From Octopus vulgaris (taxonomy: Eukaryota): a DNA stretch of 64,000 bases. The DNA lies in the NCBI GenBank assembly GCA_951406725.2, contig OX597822.1:94116001-94180000 (forward strand), written 5' to 3'. Numbering within the stretch: the first letter of the stretch is position 1; each line of letters begins with the position of its first letter. The notes under the pieces were generated by a model. It searched no databases. It was not told where the DNA came from and worked only from the letters and a program-made list of their open reading frames with translations. The position numbers were made by a program, and so were the translations under genes. Positions 1 to 12,851 of the stretch are shown here, piece by piece.

Positions 1-595
1 TAGCATTCTGGCGCCATTCAACTTTTACCACTTGAAATTCATTTCTTATGCACTCAACACTATCATATTAGAATCAATAACCAGTAACTGGAAGAAATAT
101 TAATACATTTCTTTTTAAATACAGACACAGGTGCAGGTGGGGCTGTGTAGTTGAGAAGTATGCTTCTAGCCATGTGGCTTAGAGGTCAGGTGTCACTTAC
201 TATATCTCCAAATTGACCAAAGTCTTGTGAGTGGATTTCAGTGGATGGAACTGGAAGAAGCATGTATGTATGTATGTATGGATGGATGTATGGATGGATG
301 GATGGATTGATAGATGGATGGATGGATGCATGCATGCATGCATGTATGACTTTTCTTTGAGTTTAATTTAAGTTCTGCTTCAGAGAGTTCAAGCTAGTCA
401 CTAACAAAGTGACAAGACTTTTTGAGTAAAGAGAGTCCCCGGTGTTTGTGAATGTGTGTTTGAGTTAGTGTGTTGGTTGAACTGTTGATGCATACACCAA
501 AGTATCTGCATCTCACATGGAGCAATTTTGGAATGTCTTACATATGGAGCAATTTTGGAATGTCTTACAAATCTTCACTGTGCCATTAACAGATT

Positions 596-1040
596 AGGCG
601 CAGGAGTGGCTGTGTGGTAAGTAGCTTGCTTACCAACCACATGGTTCTGGGTTCAGTTCCACTGCATGGCACCTTGGGCAAGTGTCTCCTACTATAGCCT
701 CGGGCCGACCAAAGCCTTGTGAGTGGATCTGGTAGACGAAAACTGAAAGAAGCCGATTGTATATATGTATGTATATGTATAAATCCTTAAAATCCTTAAA
801 AATGTTTTAGCCCGAAGGCCGCGGCCATGCTGTATGTTTGTGTGTCTGTGTTTGTCCCCCCCAACATCGCTTGACAACCAATGCTGGTGTGTTTATGTCT
901 CTGTAACTTAGCAGTTCAGCAGAAAAGACCAATAGAATAAGTACTAGGCTTACAAAGAATAAGTCCTGGGTTTGATTTGCTCGACTAAAGGCGGTGCTCC
1001 AGTATGGCTGCAGTCAAATGACTGAAACAAGTAAATAAAA
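596..1040 (+). mobile_element. tRNA-derived SINE family A (internal microsatellite); other copies ~31200-31592(-), ~41062-41460(-), ~44489-44750(+), ~56060-56600(-), ~60583-60997(-)
   Basis: A/B-box-like head gtggctgtgtggtaag...gggttcagttcc, ccttgggcaagt core, near-identical dispersed copies. Confidence 0.85.
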
Positions 1041-1290
1041 GATTGGATTTGGAGAATCCACATCAGTTTCCTTTGCTCTTTTTTTGTGAAACTAAGTGGC
1101 ACATAGCCTACTGCATCTATGATGATGGGTACAAATGAGAATTCATAGCCAGGGTACACGAGCTGTAAGTTCTGCTTTAATATGCCATAAATGTTCTCTT
1201 TTTCTTGGACTTTAAACTGCACATTCACGTCTGCTGGGCAGCTAACCTCTCCTCTACAACAGTGCATGACTTTGTTCCCTGTCCCATATG
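1040..1290 (-). mobile_element. R4/Dong-like LINE fragment, restriction-like endonuclease C-terminus
   Basis: translation EKENIYGILK...VPIIIDAVGYVP fits the K..Y..L...PIIxGAxG pattern. Confidence 0.55.
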
Positions 1291-1553
1291 TATGTATATA
1301 TGTATGTATGTGTGTGTGTATGTGTGTATGTATGTATGTATGTATGTATGTATGTATGTATGTATGTATGCATGCATGCATGTATGTATGTAGCAGCAGC
1401 AGCAGCAACTGAATCCTACCGTTGTCTTGGGCGACAAGGAGACGACTTTATATCTAGCATGGGCCGCCTACGTGCAGGTCGCTGACTACATGCTTCCAAC
1501 CCGTCAAGTCTGCATGCTTCACCACCTTCCCATCGCCGCAGGACTTCCGAATA

Positions 1554-1585
<32 letters not shown>

Positions 1586-1749
1586 CTAAAAATGAAGAAA
1601 ATATATACTAAAAATAAGATAGATATATATAGAAAAAAGAAAAAAGAAAAAAAAGACTATTTTACAATGCTATCCATAGGAAAGATTACCCTGATACGTA
1701 AAGGCATGTCACAACCAGCGGGTATTAACACCAGGCATGCACACACTCA

Positions 1750-1993
1750 CGCATGCATGGCACAGATGGAGGGAGCAGGTTAAGGAAGGGATCGACTCTT
1801 TTGAGAGAGCACTTATCCAGCATGAAGAACTTAAGCGAGCTGCGCGAAAGCGCACGGCTCGTATAGCGAATGGGGAAAGCTTGGTCTGCAATGTTTGCAG
1901 TCGTGTATGCTTGTCAAGAGCAGGGCTAGAGCACACAATGTTCCTGAAGGTCGGCAATGGTCTTCCTCGGTCACGAGTGGACGGCCATCATCA
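1750..1993 (+). mobile_element. RTE-type LINE 3' end
   Basis: WREQVKEGIDSFE...CNVCSRVCLSRAGLEH zinc-finger-like terminus followed by (cat)n tail. Confidence 0.65.
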
Positions 1994-2399
1994 TATATGT
2001 ATGTATATATATGATTGTATGTATGTACGTATGTATGTATGTATGTATGTATGTATGTATGTATGTATGTATGCATGGATGGATGGATGGATGCATATAT
2101 GCATGCATGCATGCATGTGTGCATGCCTGGTGTGAATACCCGCTGGTTCTGACATGCCTTTACATACCAGGGTAATCTTTCCTATGGATAACATTGTAAA
2201 ATAGTCTTTGCAACTGTATCATACCTCAGGGGCAAGTAGTATCTTGTAGACATTTTGGGGTAGCTGCTTGTTTGTTTCTTTGTTGAGTGAAGTGGTCTTC
2301 GTCCCAGAGTGGGAGAAGTCCGAAACGTGGTCCTTTGCTATTTGTAAAACCTGCAGAAGAAAAAGCAGGTCAACCCCTGACACTGAGAGCATCGACGGA

Positions 2400-2645
2400 T
2401 GGATGAATGCGCATCTAGGCTCAGCGGTTGCATAGGAAGTTGGGGATAAGAAACAGGAAGAAAGAGTGAGAGAAAGTTGGAGCAAAAGAGTACAACAGGA
2501 GTCACCACCACCCCCTGCCGGAGCCTCGTGGAGCTTTAGGTGTTTTCGCTCAATAAACACACACAACGCCCGGTCTGGGAATCGAAACCACGATCCTCTG
2601 ACTGCGAGTCTGCTGCCCTAACCACTGGGCCATTGCACCTCCACT
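2400..2645 (-). mobile_element. tRNA-derived SINE family C; copies ~7620-7988(-), ~47191-47490(+)
   Basis: head tggcccagtggttagggcagc...ggtttcgattcc shared among copies. Confidence 0.75.
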
Positions 2646-2907
2646 GGGGTAGCTGCTGCTGATGAAGGTGCTGATGATGAGGTGGTGAAGCATACTGGAA
2701 TAGCAGAGCTGACATATTTATTCACAGCATGCAAGTTTGGTGGTATAGTTGTCTCTCTTGTTCATCAAGTATTTGGTAGCTATCTCATGTTCCTCGATAG
2801 CAAAGGCATATCCTTCTAGGTGGGATGTAATGTATCTACTGAAGGTGCAGCAGAGGCTATTCTTCCTCAACTTTGCTTTTCATCCTTTCAGAGTCGATAA
2901 AATAGTA

Positions 2908-3141
2908 CCTATTTCTTTACTACTCACAAGGGGCTAAACACAGAGGAGACAAACAAGGACAGACAGATGGATTAAGTCGATTAAATCAACCCCAGTGCGT
3001 AACTGGTCCTTAATTTATCGACTCCGAAAGGACGAAAGGCAAAGTCGACCTCAGCGGAATTTGAACTCAGAATGTAACGGCAGACGAAATACAGCTACGC
3101 ATTTCGCCTGGCGTGCTAACGTTTCTGCCAGCTCGCCACCT
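2908..3141 (-). mobile_element. tRNA-derived SINE family B with Nin/Deu-like domain; copies ~43788-44020(-), ~53792-54030(+), ~57966-58200(+) and many older ones
   Basis: ggcgagctggcagaa head, gagttcaaattcc B box, gtcgactttgcctttcatcctttcggggtcgataaa domain. Confidence 0.85.
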
Positions 3142-3577
3142 TTCGATAAAATAAGTACCAGTTGAACACTGGGGTTCATGTAGTCGACTTACCCTCCCCT
3201 AACATTGCTGGCCTTGTGCCAAAATTTGAAAACATTGTGTGTGTGTGTGTGTGTGTGTGTGCATGTGTATGTATGTGTTAGTGACTCCCCATCTTGACAT
3301 CATGTGATAGTTGTAAACAAGTGTCCCTGTCACACGAGCAGTGTTCTTGCCAGGGTAGAGAAATTTTATTTACTATGTAAGATGAATCTATACAATTCTT
3401 GTTAACGTTCAATATTTACAGCTTAGATAATTCATAATTTCTGTGTGTGTGTGTGTGTGTGTCTGATTGTCACATATGTTATACAAGAAAGGCCCTTAAA
3501 TAAATTATAAATGAGCGTGTGTATGTGAATGTGTGTGTTAAGTGAAAATGCTACAAAATGTTCCTTATCTTTTTCAG

Positions 3578-3682
3578 TGGGAAAGGTCGATATATCCGAT
3601 TTCCCCGTTTAGAAGTATTAAAATTGAACTACAACAAACTGGAAAGTCCTGACATCTTCATACCTCTGGCAAATATAACTCA
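3578..3682 (+). CDS. XRRA1: XRRA1-like LRR protein, internal exon (GKGRYIRFPRLEVLKLNYNKLESPDIFIPLANIT)
   Basis: ttttcag acceptor, ca|gtaagt donor, LRR LxxLxLxxNxL pattern; phase 2-2 joins the 5631 exon. Gene name from recalled similarity of several exons to XRRA1; earlier exons lie upstream of the window. Confidence 0.8.
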
Positions 3683-4041
3683 GTAAGTCAGATCTTTATT
3701 TTAAATTTTGCCGTCTCATATACGTAATTTTTTTTCACCAGCATATCCTCCTCCCCATCTCCTCTCCTTCTTCACCTGTTTCATCTCCCTCATCTCATCC
3801 TCATCTCCCTCCTGTCTCCCTCCTCTTTCCCATTTCTTTCTCCCCATCTCCTCCTCGTCCTCATCTTCTCTCCTATCTTCTCCTCCCCCATCCACACAGG
3901 TGCCTGTGTGGATTGTTTTCAAGTATTTTGGTTTTTCTGGGAGTCCCTTTTTAAAGTAGAAGAAATAGCTAAGGTTTTTGGCTGCTATTTCTAAACTTCG
4001 GTATGTGGTGAAACAAATCTTTGCTGAACCCTAATTATAAA

Positions 4042-4078
<37 letters not shown>

Positions 4079-4441
4079 GCTTCTTTCAATTTCTATCTAC
4101 CAAATTCATTCTCAAAGTTTTGTAAATAGATTTGATCTGGAGCAATAGCAGAAGACAATTGTTTGAAGTGCCATGCAGTGTGAATGAACCTGAAACCCCG
4201 AGGTTGGGAAGTATACTTCCCAATCTTTCTCAGGCCGACATATATGCTGAAATAGGATCAAACTTGACTCGTAAGGATTCTGTATAGTGCATATCTATTT
4301 TAACAAACATACCATGTGGATTAGGCAAATAAATAAGCTGTTATTAAAGGTATCACCAGTTACCCTTTGATCATTGCTGAGAACACAAGCAAAATACTCT
4401 CTGTGATTGGTTTTGTCCAAAATTTGTGTTAATAATGTTTA

Positions 4442-4745
4442 TCTTTATATATAAAACAGAAGTTGTGTGAGAGTCTGTCTACTCCGATTTAGATTCCTAA
4501 CTACTCCCACATTTTGCGGTGCAGTTTAACCAAAAGTGGGTATCTTATAGTCGTGATTCATATCGAGCCCTTCTGGGTATTAGCGCGTGTCTACGATGAG
4601 TCTATGATTTAAAAAAAATTTACCATCATTTTTCCACATTTTTAATGCATTTTTTGCTCGGTTTATATAAGGGAAGTAACTCACTAAAACTGCTTATATA
4701 GTTATTTCCCTTAGAAACCCGAGCAACGCCGGGCGATACTGCTAG
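4442..4745 (+). mobile_element. non-autonomous Helitron
   Basis: 5' TC, 3' CTAG, subterminal hairpin cccgagcaacgccggg, inserted between A and T; second copy at 40232. Confidence 0.85.
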
Positions 4746-5630
4746 TCATTTATAAAGTGGTGAACTAGCAAAATCATTAGCATGCTGGGTAAAATGCTTA
4801 GTGATATATCGTGCATCTTTACATTCTGAGTTCAAACTCTGCTGTGGTCGACTTGTACCAGTTGAGCGCTCAGGATGGTGGGGTGGTGTTAAAATAAATC
4901 TGGCTTATGTCTACAGTTTTTGGCAAATGTGATTTTGCAATTGCTATGAAACATGCAAGTATGTATTTCCTTATCTAAAGGCTGACCACAGCTTTTTGAG
5001 TGAATCTGGTAAACAAGCTGAAAAGAAGGCCATTGTGTGTTTCGTTGTTGTGACATCATGTACAAATTTTAAGTGGGTATTGCTGTTATACAAGTGCAGC
5101 AAGCTGTCAGAATTATTATTGTGCCAGACAAAATACATAGCAGCATTTCTTTTGTCTTTATGTTTTGGGTTCAAATTCTGCCAACGTCAATTTAGCCTTT
5201 CATCCTTTTGGAATTAGCACCAAGAACCTGGGGTTGATGTAATCAACTTATCCCCTACCTCAAAAGTCTCAGGCCTTGTGCCTATAGTTAATATGATTAC
5301 TGTCATACAAGTTGTCCCTTTTTTTTTTTTGTGCAGTTTTCCAAGAAATTGCGTTAAAACTAGGGGGAGTAGTTGAAGTTTGGTGTCGGAGAGGACAACC
5401 ACCCCCAGACAATTTGTCTTAACAAATTTTGTCTAAACCATGCAAGTATAGATAAGTGGACATTAAATTGACGATGATGATAATGATGATGATTTGTGTG
5501 ATAGTGGTGATGGTGGGAATTATGATGATGATGATGATGATAGTGATGATGATGATGGTGATGATGATGATGATGATGATTATGATGATGATGATTATGA
5601 TATAAATGCTTACAAATGCTCTTTTTGCAG

Positions 5631-5770
5631 CTTGATATATTTAGACCTTGAAGGAAACAGCATCTACCATATTCCTTGTTTGGAGAAGGAGAGTACAGAA
5701 AGCTTTTTTCCTGTAGGGGACAGTACTAAACAGGATACTCAGCAACCAGAAATAAAAAGAAAGGAAGCCG
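5631..5770 (+). CDS. XRRA1: XRRA1-like exon (LIYLDLEGNSIYHIPCLEKE...)
   Basis: tttttgcag acceptor, LRR motif; donor at 5770 or 5782, both phase 1 and compatible with the next exon. Confidence 0.75.
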
Positions 5771-6741
5771 GTTATTACAGAGGTTAACAACTATTTTTTT
5801 TTCCTTACACTGCAATTTTGATCTAAATACATTTCTGTTACTGAAAGCTTCAAGTGTGAAGTAAAATTAGTAGATGTAGATTCTGTAGAATTCCTTTGTG
5901 ATTCAAGATCCCAGCTGATTCTACCTGAATGTCAGTTAAGTGTGCATATGCCTGTGAGATACTCAGTGTCTGCGATTCAAGAAGTAGGTAATTCTGTTGA
6001 CTGAATGGCTCAAATTCTTGTGGTAGTCTGAAGGATATATGGGCGTGTATGCATGTCTATGAGGGTGCCATGTAGCAAATGACACTGACTTTAAAGCAGA
6101 AAATCTAATATTGTATAGGTACAATACCAAGATTCTGGCAACTAGATATACAGTACCTGTTTTCAATCTGGTTATAATTACATAGTGAAGGCACATGGCT
6201 CTGTAGTTAGAGCATCGGGCTCACAACCATGAAGTACTGAGTTTGATTCCCAGACCGGGCTGTGTGTTCTCTACTTGAGCAAGACACTTTATTTCACTTT
6301 CTTTCCAGAAGAAAAAAAGATAAATATATGCTTTTCACAGTTATGTTTGAAGAGATGGACTAGGGAGGGCCCAGTGGCTTTAGAAGTTAGCATGTGGCAT
6401 TAGATTTTGCTTTCAATATTTGTACCTTCATAAACCAGTGAGCTGGTTTTACATTTGGAGTTCAAATTCCACCAAGGTTGACTTTGCTTTCCATCCTTTT
6501 GGGGTTTGATGAAATATGTACCAGTTGAACAATGGGGGAATCAATGTAATAGACTTACTCCCTCCCTAAAAATTTCTGGCCTTGCACCGTAACTTGAAAG
6601 CAATATTTGTACCTTCATGTTACTACAGTTGAAGGAGTGGAAGAATATTTCCGTCTTTATAACATGTTTCTAGTGAATAAATAAAAGTATGTCAAGTAAA
6701 TTTTGTAGCAAAAATGTTTTTAATATCATGGCAGCAATCTT

Positions 6742-7227
6742 CTAAGAAGTTACCCGGTACTATTATTATGTACCTTCTTTTAATTTAGCTAATGGATAAT
6801 TTGGTATGGGTCTTGAACTAAAAGTGCCAGAAAATTGGTGATGTGCCTGTATTTATTTTGCATGAGCAAAATGCTCCCCATCCAATGGACGGTGCTGAGT
6901 TGTCAAACATTTAAGTCAAATTTTCTCAAAACAATTTGTCCGACTGTCCCATGACAAAAATGATGCATGCAAATGGGTTAGCTGGAGGTAAATCTAGATG
7001 GACGGATTATATATATTTATATATATTTGCGCATACAAACGCACATTCCCACGGCTTTATTGATCGCATTTTCACCTGGAATCGATTTTTTTTTTTTTTT
7101 TCAAGACTTATACACGCCCTGATACTGTTGATATTTATATATCAAATTTGAGCGCAATCAGATGGAGGATGCCCGAGATCCTAGAAGACACACACACAGA
7201 CAGACAGGACAGATTTTATATAATAGA
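6742..7227 (-). mobile_element. Helitron-like non-autonomous element
   Basis: minus strand starts TCTATTATATAAAA then (ctgt)n; ends ccgggtaacttcttag. Confidence 0.5.
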
Positions 7228-7250
7228 TAATTTCATATAACTACATTTAA

Positions 7251-7473
7251 CCCATGAGCATTTAAACCAGCCACGTCCGGCCAAAATATTCTACCAGTTT
7301 TATATACAAAGTGGCCAGATCTAGCCTCTCACACCAACCCTATAATGTCATTCTAAAAATTAACAATTGCCTCATCAAAATCTTGAAACTATAACATGAC
7401 TGATGCATGATTAATTCAAAACATGTGACTAAATAACCATTAGTTTTGACAGAACAATGTGAATGCTCAAGGG
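7251..7473 (+). mobile_element. piggyBac-like MITE (TTAA TSD)
   Basis: ttaa|ccc...ggg|ttaa; homologous to the 11037 and 51877 copies. Confidence 0.8.
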
Positions 7474-8031
7474 TTAAGGATCAAAGATTGCCAAAAGTAC
7501 AATAAATTTCTTCCTACAATATAAATGTTATCTAAAAATAATATTAACAGATGGTATCTGAATTTGTAATTTGTCTAACATTCCTTAACATTCATAATGT
7601 GTCAATGGTTGCACTCCGTCAGTTACAACGACAAGAGTTCCAGTTGATCCGATCGACAGAACAGCCCGCTCATGAAATTAACATACATGTGGCTGAGCAC
7701 TCCACAGACACACATGTACCCTTAATGTAGTTCTTGGGGAGATTCAGCATGACACAGAGTATGACAAGGCTGGCCCTTTGAAATACAGGTACAACTGAAA
7801 CAGGAAGAAAGAATGAGAGAAAGTTGAGGTGGAAGAGTACAGCAGGGTTCGCCACGACCCCTGCCAGAGCTTCGTGGAGCTTTAGGTGTTTTCGCTCAAT
7901 AAATACTAACAATGCCCTGTCTGAGAATTGAAACCGCGATCCTACAACCACGAATCCGCTGCCCTAATCACTGGGCCATTGCACCTCCACACACACACAC
8001 ACACACACACACACAAGCACACACACACACA

Positions 8032-8268
8032 CAAGGGGGTGCTGAAAAGTTTCTGGCTTAAACGGTATCTTGAAAGGCCTGGCTGGAGGTCCAACCTTCT
8101 GAGTTCTTTTACAGGGCTTAGAAAAACTGAAGGACCACTGCAATAAGTGTGTGAATCTGAGAGGGGAATATGTTGCATTAAATCATAATTAACTGATCCT
8201 CGTCTATTTTCTTTTACCCAAAGCCAGGAACTTTTCAGCACCTTCCTCTCATATATTTCCTGGTTCTC
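8032..8268 (+). mobile_element. mariner-derived MITE; copies ~41790-41958 and ~42348-42560
   Basis: TIR gggtgctgaaaagtttctggct / agccaggaacttttcagcacc, similar to the end of the 59175 mariner. Confidence 0.7.
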
Positions 8269-8942
8269 CGTCTTCCACTCACTTAAGCAGTTACAGTGGA
8301 GGGAACATGTGGAAGAAGGAAACCCAGGAAGGCACAGGATAAAATGGTCAAGGCTGGCCTCATGACATTGAGCCTCATGAAGGTGATGACAAAGAACTAA
8401 AATAATTGACAATATATAATACTCGAGAAGACCTAACCATCGATGCTAACTCAGCAAAACTGAAGTTCTGGAAGCTTAATATGTATGCACTCAGTTTGGC
8501 CCTTCACCCAATATGTCCCTGTCAGTCCTTCACTTACACAAGACAAGTTTCCTTGATGGAAAGGGGTTGCAGAATTGAGGGAAGTGGCTTTGTGCCAAGT
8601 GTTGATTGGATGCAGGAACAGATGTCTTGCTGTAGAGATACATGGCTCCCTCAGTATAATTATGTGTGCTCAAGGAAGGATATGAACCCATGGCCCTCAG
8701 ATTAGAAATCTGGTAATCTATTGACTGAGCTATGTGAGTGGACTGCTATGTAAGATCTGAGCACACCTGCATAGCAGTGTGTGTGTGTGTGTGTGTATAC
8801 ATTGGTTGGCATTAGGAAGGGCATCCAACTGTAGAAACTCTGCCAGATCAAGATTGGAACCTGGTGCAACCATCTGGTTCGCCAGTCCTCAGTCAAATCA
8901 TCCGACCCATGCTAGCATGGAAAGCAGACGTTAAACAACAAC

Positions 8943-9024
<82 letters not shown>

Positions 9025-9205
9025 TATTTAAAAAAAAATATATATATATATATATTAGGGAGTATAACTCCAATCTTACAGGGAAAAATTCAATTTGAGA
9101 TCTAGTTATATGTTTTAAAAAATATATATATTATTGGTTATTTATGTTTTAGTTTATGTCTATCCCTGTTTGAGTTTGCATAATAGTGGTTTTATCTCTA
9201 ATTTA

Positions 9206-9241
<36 letters not shown>

Positions 9242-9680
9242 GTTTTTCTCTTCCCCTCTTTTTACATTGTCGTCTGTCTGGACTCCTCTCTTCCTACCAC
9301 CCGCCATGGCTATGCATACTTAAGCTAGTAAACTGCCTCATTCTTGATTCCGAATTCCTTTTGCCAAGTCTGTCCGTAAACGAAGTGATCTCAAGATAAG
9401 AAATCTTTGAACTTTAATTCATCCGTATCTCTATTTATTATTATTATTTATTAATTATTATTATTCTGATCCCCCTAGTCGCCACTCTGTTTACTATTTT
9501 CAGCCTCGCCTCGTTTTTGCATATTCTGTATAATTCACTAGTTATCGTTATAGATATTTAAGATCTATCTCCCTTATAGAAATTGGCTGCCGATTCTTCG
9601 CGGCGCGCCCGCCCTACCCACCCCCACCACCAATACCGGATATCTCTATTTTGCTCCAACTATACCGGATGTCGTTTTCT

Positions 9681-10480
9681 CCCACCACCATTATAGGTGT
9701 CTACTCTTTGAACCCCCTCTTCAATACGCTATTTCACCATGCATTACCCCTCTCTCGATATCCTACGTTCTACTTGCCTAGAACCTGTCCTCTGGACCAC
9801 CCCTCCCACTGGTGCTCCCCTATATTTCTGCATCCCCCCACCACCATTATAGGTGTCTACTCTTTGAACCCCCTCTTCAATACGCTATTTCACCATGCAT
9901 TACCCCTCTCTCGATATCCTACGTTCTACTTGCCTAGAACCTGTCCTCTGAACCACCCCTCCCACTGGTGCTCCCCTATATTTCTGCACCCCCCCACCAC
10001 CATTATAGGTGTCTACTCTTTGAACCCCCTCTTCAATACGCTATTCACCATGCATTACCCCTCTCTCGATATCCTACGTTCTACTTGCCTAGAACCTGTC
10101 CTCTGAACCACCCCTCCCACTGGTGCCCACCCCTCCCACTGGTGCTCCCCTATATTTCTGCACCCCCCCACCACCATTATAGGTGTCTACTCTTTGAACC
10201 CCCTCTTCAATACGCTATTTCACCATGCATTACCCTCTCTCGATATCCTACGTTCTACTTGCCTAGAACCTGTCCCCTGAACCACCCCTCCCACTGGTGC
10301 TCCCCTATATTTCTGCACCCCCCACCACCATTATAGGTGTCTACTCTTTGAACCCCCCTCTTCAATACGCTATTTCACCATGCATTACCCCTCTCTCGAT
10401 ATCCTACGTTCTACTTGACTAGTACCTGTCCTCTGAACCACCCATCCCACTGGTGCTCCCCTATATTTCTGCACCCCCCC
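9681..10480. repeat. 156-bp tandem repeat, ~5 copies
   Basis: ccaccattat anchor recurs at 9685, 9841, 9997, 10171, 10325. Confidence 0.95.
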
Positions 10481-10720
10481 CATAAAAAGCACCATCCGAA
10501 CGTGGCCGATGCCAGACCCCTCTGGCACCTGTGCAGGTGGCACGTAAAAAACACCCACTACACTCGTGGAGTGGTTGGCGTTAGGAAGGGCATCCAGCTG
10601 TAGAAACACTGCCAGACTAGACTGGAGCCTGGGGCAGTCCCGAGCTCCCCAGACCCCGGTCGAAACCGTCCAACCCGTGCTAGCGCGGAAAACGGACGTT
10701 AAACGATGATGATGATGATG
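10481..10720 (+). mobile_element. short element equal to an RTE 3' UTR with (gat)n tail; many copies (8800, 12125, 12468-, 15170, 32890-, 33860, 35150, 62095)
   Basis: ttaggaagggcatccagctgtagaaac...ggacgttaaacgatgatgat, matches the 3' end of the RTE at 21521. Confidence 0.85.
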
Positions 10721-10754
<34 letters not shown>

Positions 10755-11036
10755 ATATATGTATATATATATATGTGGATTCAAGTAATCCAGTAGTACT
10801 CAAAAAATAGTTCAACGTATCATTGTACAAAACATTGAATATATAGTCTGAAACAAGAGAAAATGATAAGGAGTGTATAAAGTCATAAATGGCAGAGAAA
10901 TGGTTTGATGTAATTTTATTTTACAAAAATAAAAAAATTCTAATATCACGATAAATTTTTTCATAACTTGAAAACATATAAATAATTTATATTATTATGC
11001 TTAATAATGTATAAATTACTTATATGTCTGCATTAA

Positions 11037-11257
11037 CCCTTTAGCATTTAAACCAGCCATATCCGGCCAAAAGTATTCTACCTGTTTTATGTTCAAACTG
11101 ACCAGATCTGGTCTCTCACACCAACCCTACAATATGGTTTTAAAAATTAACACCTATCTCATCAAAATCTCATAGCTACAAGATAATGCATGATTAGTTA
11201 AAAACAATGTGGATGAAGAAGCATTAATTTTGGTAGAATAATGTAAACACTAAAGGG
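11037..11257 (+). mobile_element. piggyBac-like MITE (TTAA TSD)
   Basis: ttaa|ccctttag...ctaaaggg|ttaa. Confidence 0.85.
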
Positions 11258-11394
11258 TTAATACAAAATGCAAAAAATTAGATATAACAATATAAATTAT
11301 TTACATGTTTTTAAGTTACAAAACAATTTGCCATGATATTAGGATTTTCTTATTGTTAAATAAATTTCATCAAATTATTTCTGTTATTTATGAC

Positions 11395-11426
<32 letters not shown>

Positions 11427-11876
11427 CGTACGTACGTACGTATGTACGTATGTATGTTATGTAATTGTAAGCTCCAAGGATCTAGGTGTAGGGAGGTAGT
11501 AAGGTATAAAAACAACTTTCAAGAACAACGATAGTTTATTGGCATAAAATGTTATAGGTTTTTCCCATACTGAAGTTCGATAAGATTCAAAAAGTTTTAT
11601 AGCTCACAGTTAGCAACCCTAGTTGCTATGAATGTGAATAAAAATCTAAACTGAGAGAATGGAACAACTAAAATCCAAGCTAAATATGTTTCCTAGCTAG
11701 CAGAAACTTGGAAATAATAATTACTCAATGATGGGTACTCCACTAGCTACTCATTAGGCCAAAGACAGCTTAGTTAAATGAATATTACATTTGTCCTTAA
11801 GGGACCCCAAGTTCAATTTCCGGAGATGTAATTTAACTTGGGATCCATTGATGACAATGTAACCTTCATTTAACTG

Positions 11877-11977
11877 AGGTATCTTTGGCCTGATGACTAG
11901 CTAGCAGAGTACTTCTCATTGAGGATTACTTCCAAACTTCTGCTAGCTAGGAAACGTATATAGCCTGGATTTTACCT
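11877..11977 (+). ncRNA. type I hammerhead ribozyme
   Basis: ggc CTGATGA ctagctagcaga..tctgctagctag GAAA cgtatat A gcc: canonical core, 12-bp perfect stem II, stem I ggc/gcc extended by atct/ggat and aggt/acct. Confidence 0.8.
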
Positions 11978-12079
11978 GCTCCATCTCACAATTTGGATTT
12001 TTATATATGTGTATGTATGTGTATGTATGTATGTTTGTATATGTGTATATGTATGTATGTTTGTATGTGTGTATATGTA

Positions 12080-12124
<45 letters not shown>

Positions 12125-12806
12125 TGTGCTGGTGGCACGTAAAAAGCACCATCCGAACATGGCCGATGCCAGCGCCACCTTGACTGGCTTCCGTGCTGGT
12201 GGCATGTAAAAGGCACCAATCCGATCGTGGCCGTTGCCAGCCTCACCTGGCACAAAAAAACCACCCACTACACTCACGGAGTGGTTGGCATTAGGAAGGG
12301 CATCCAGCTGTAGAAACACTGCTAGATCAGACTGGGCCTGGTGCAGCCTTCTGGCTTCCCAGACCCCAGTTGAACCGTCCAACCCATGCTAGCATGGAAA
12401 ACGGACGTTAAACGATGATGATGATATATATATATATAAAATTAGAAAAAAAAACACCTTTTATTATCATCATCATCATCATCGTTTAACGTCCGTTTTC
12501 CATCCTAGCATGGGTTGGACGGTTCAACTGGGGTCTGGGAAGCCAGAAGGCTGCGCCAGGCCCAGTCTGATCTGTCAGTGTTTCTACAGCTGGATGCCCT
12601 TCCTAACGCCAACCACTCCGTGATTGTAGTGGGTGCTTTTTACGTGCCACCTGCACAGGTGCCAGACGAGGCTGGCAAACGGCCATGATTGGATGGTGCT
12701 TTTTACATTATATTATATATATTATATTGTGTGAAATTTGATTTAGTACTTCTAAATTGAATTTTTTTTCCTTGTAAGTTTTGGATTTTATTCCCTCAAA
12801 TATTAA

Positions 12807-12851
<45 letters not shown>

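Noticed and set aside
950-2194. Many ORFs such as YIYIYI, MYVCMYV, HTHT (also 21167-21618, 50758-51488, 52941-53312)
   Set aside because: Translations of stop-free microsatellites
5494-5630. Poly-Asp N-terminus of ORF 5494-5787
   Set aside because: Intronic (gat)n tail of an RTE-type element upstream of the true acceptor at 5630
9681-10480. CRISPR-like array (also 25310-25943 and 34064-35387)
   Set aside because: Contiguous tandem units with no unique spacers, no cas genes, eukaryotic context
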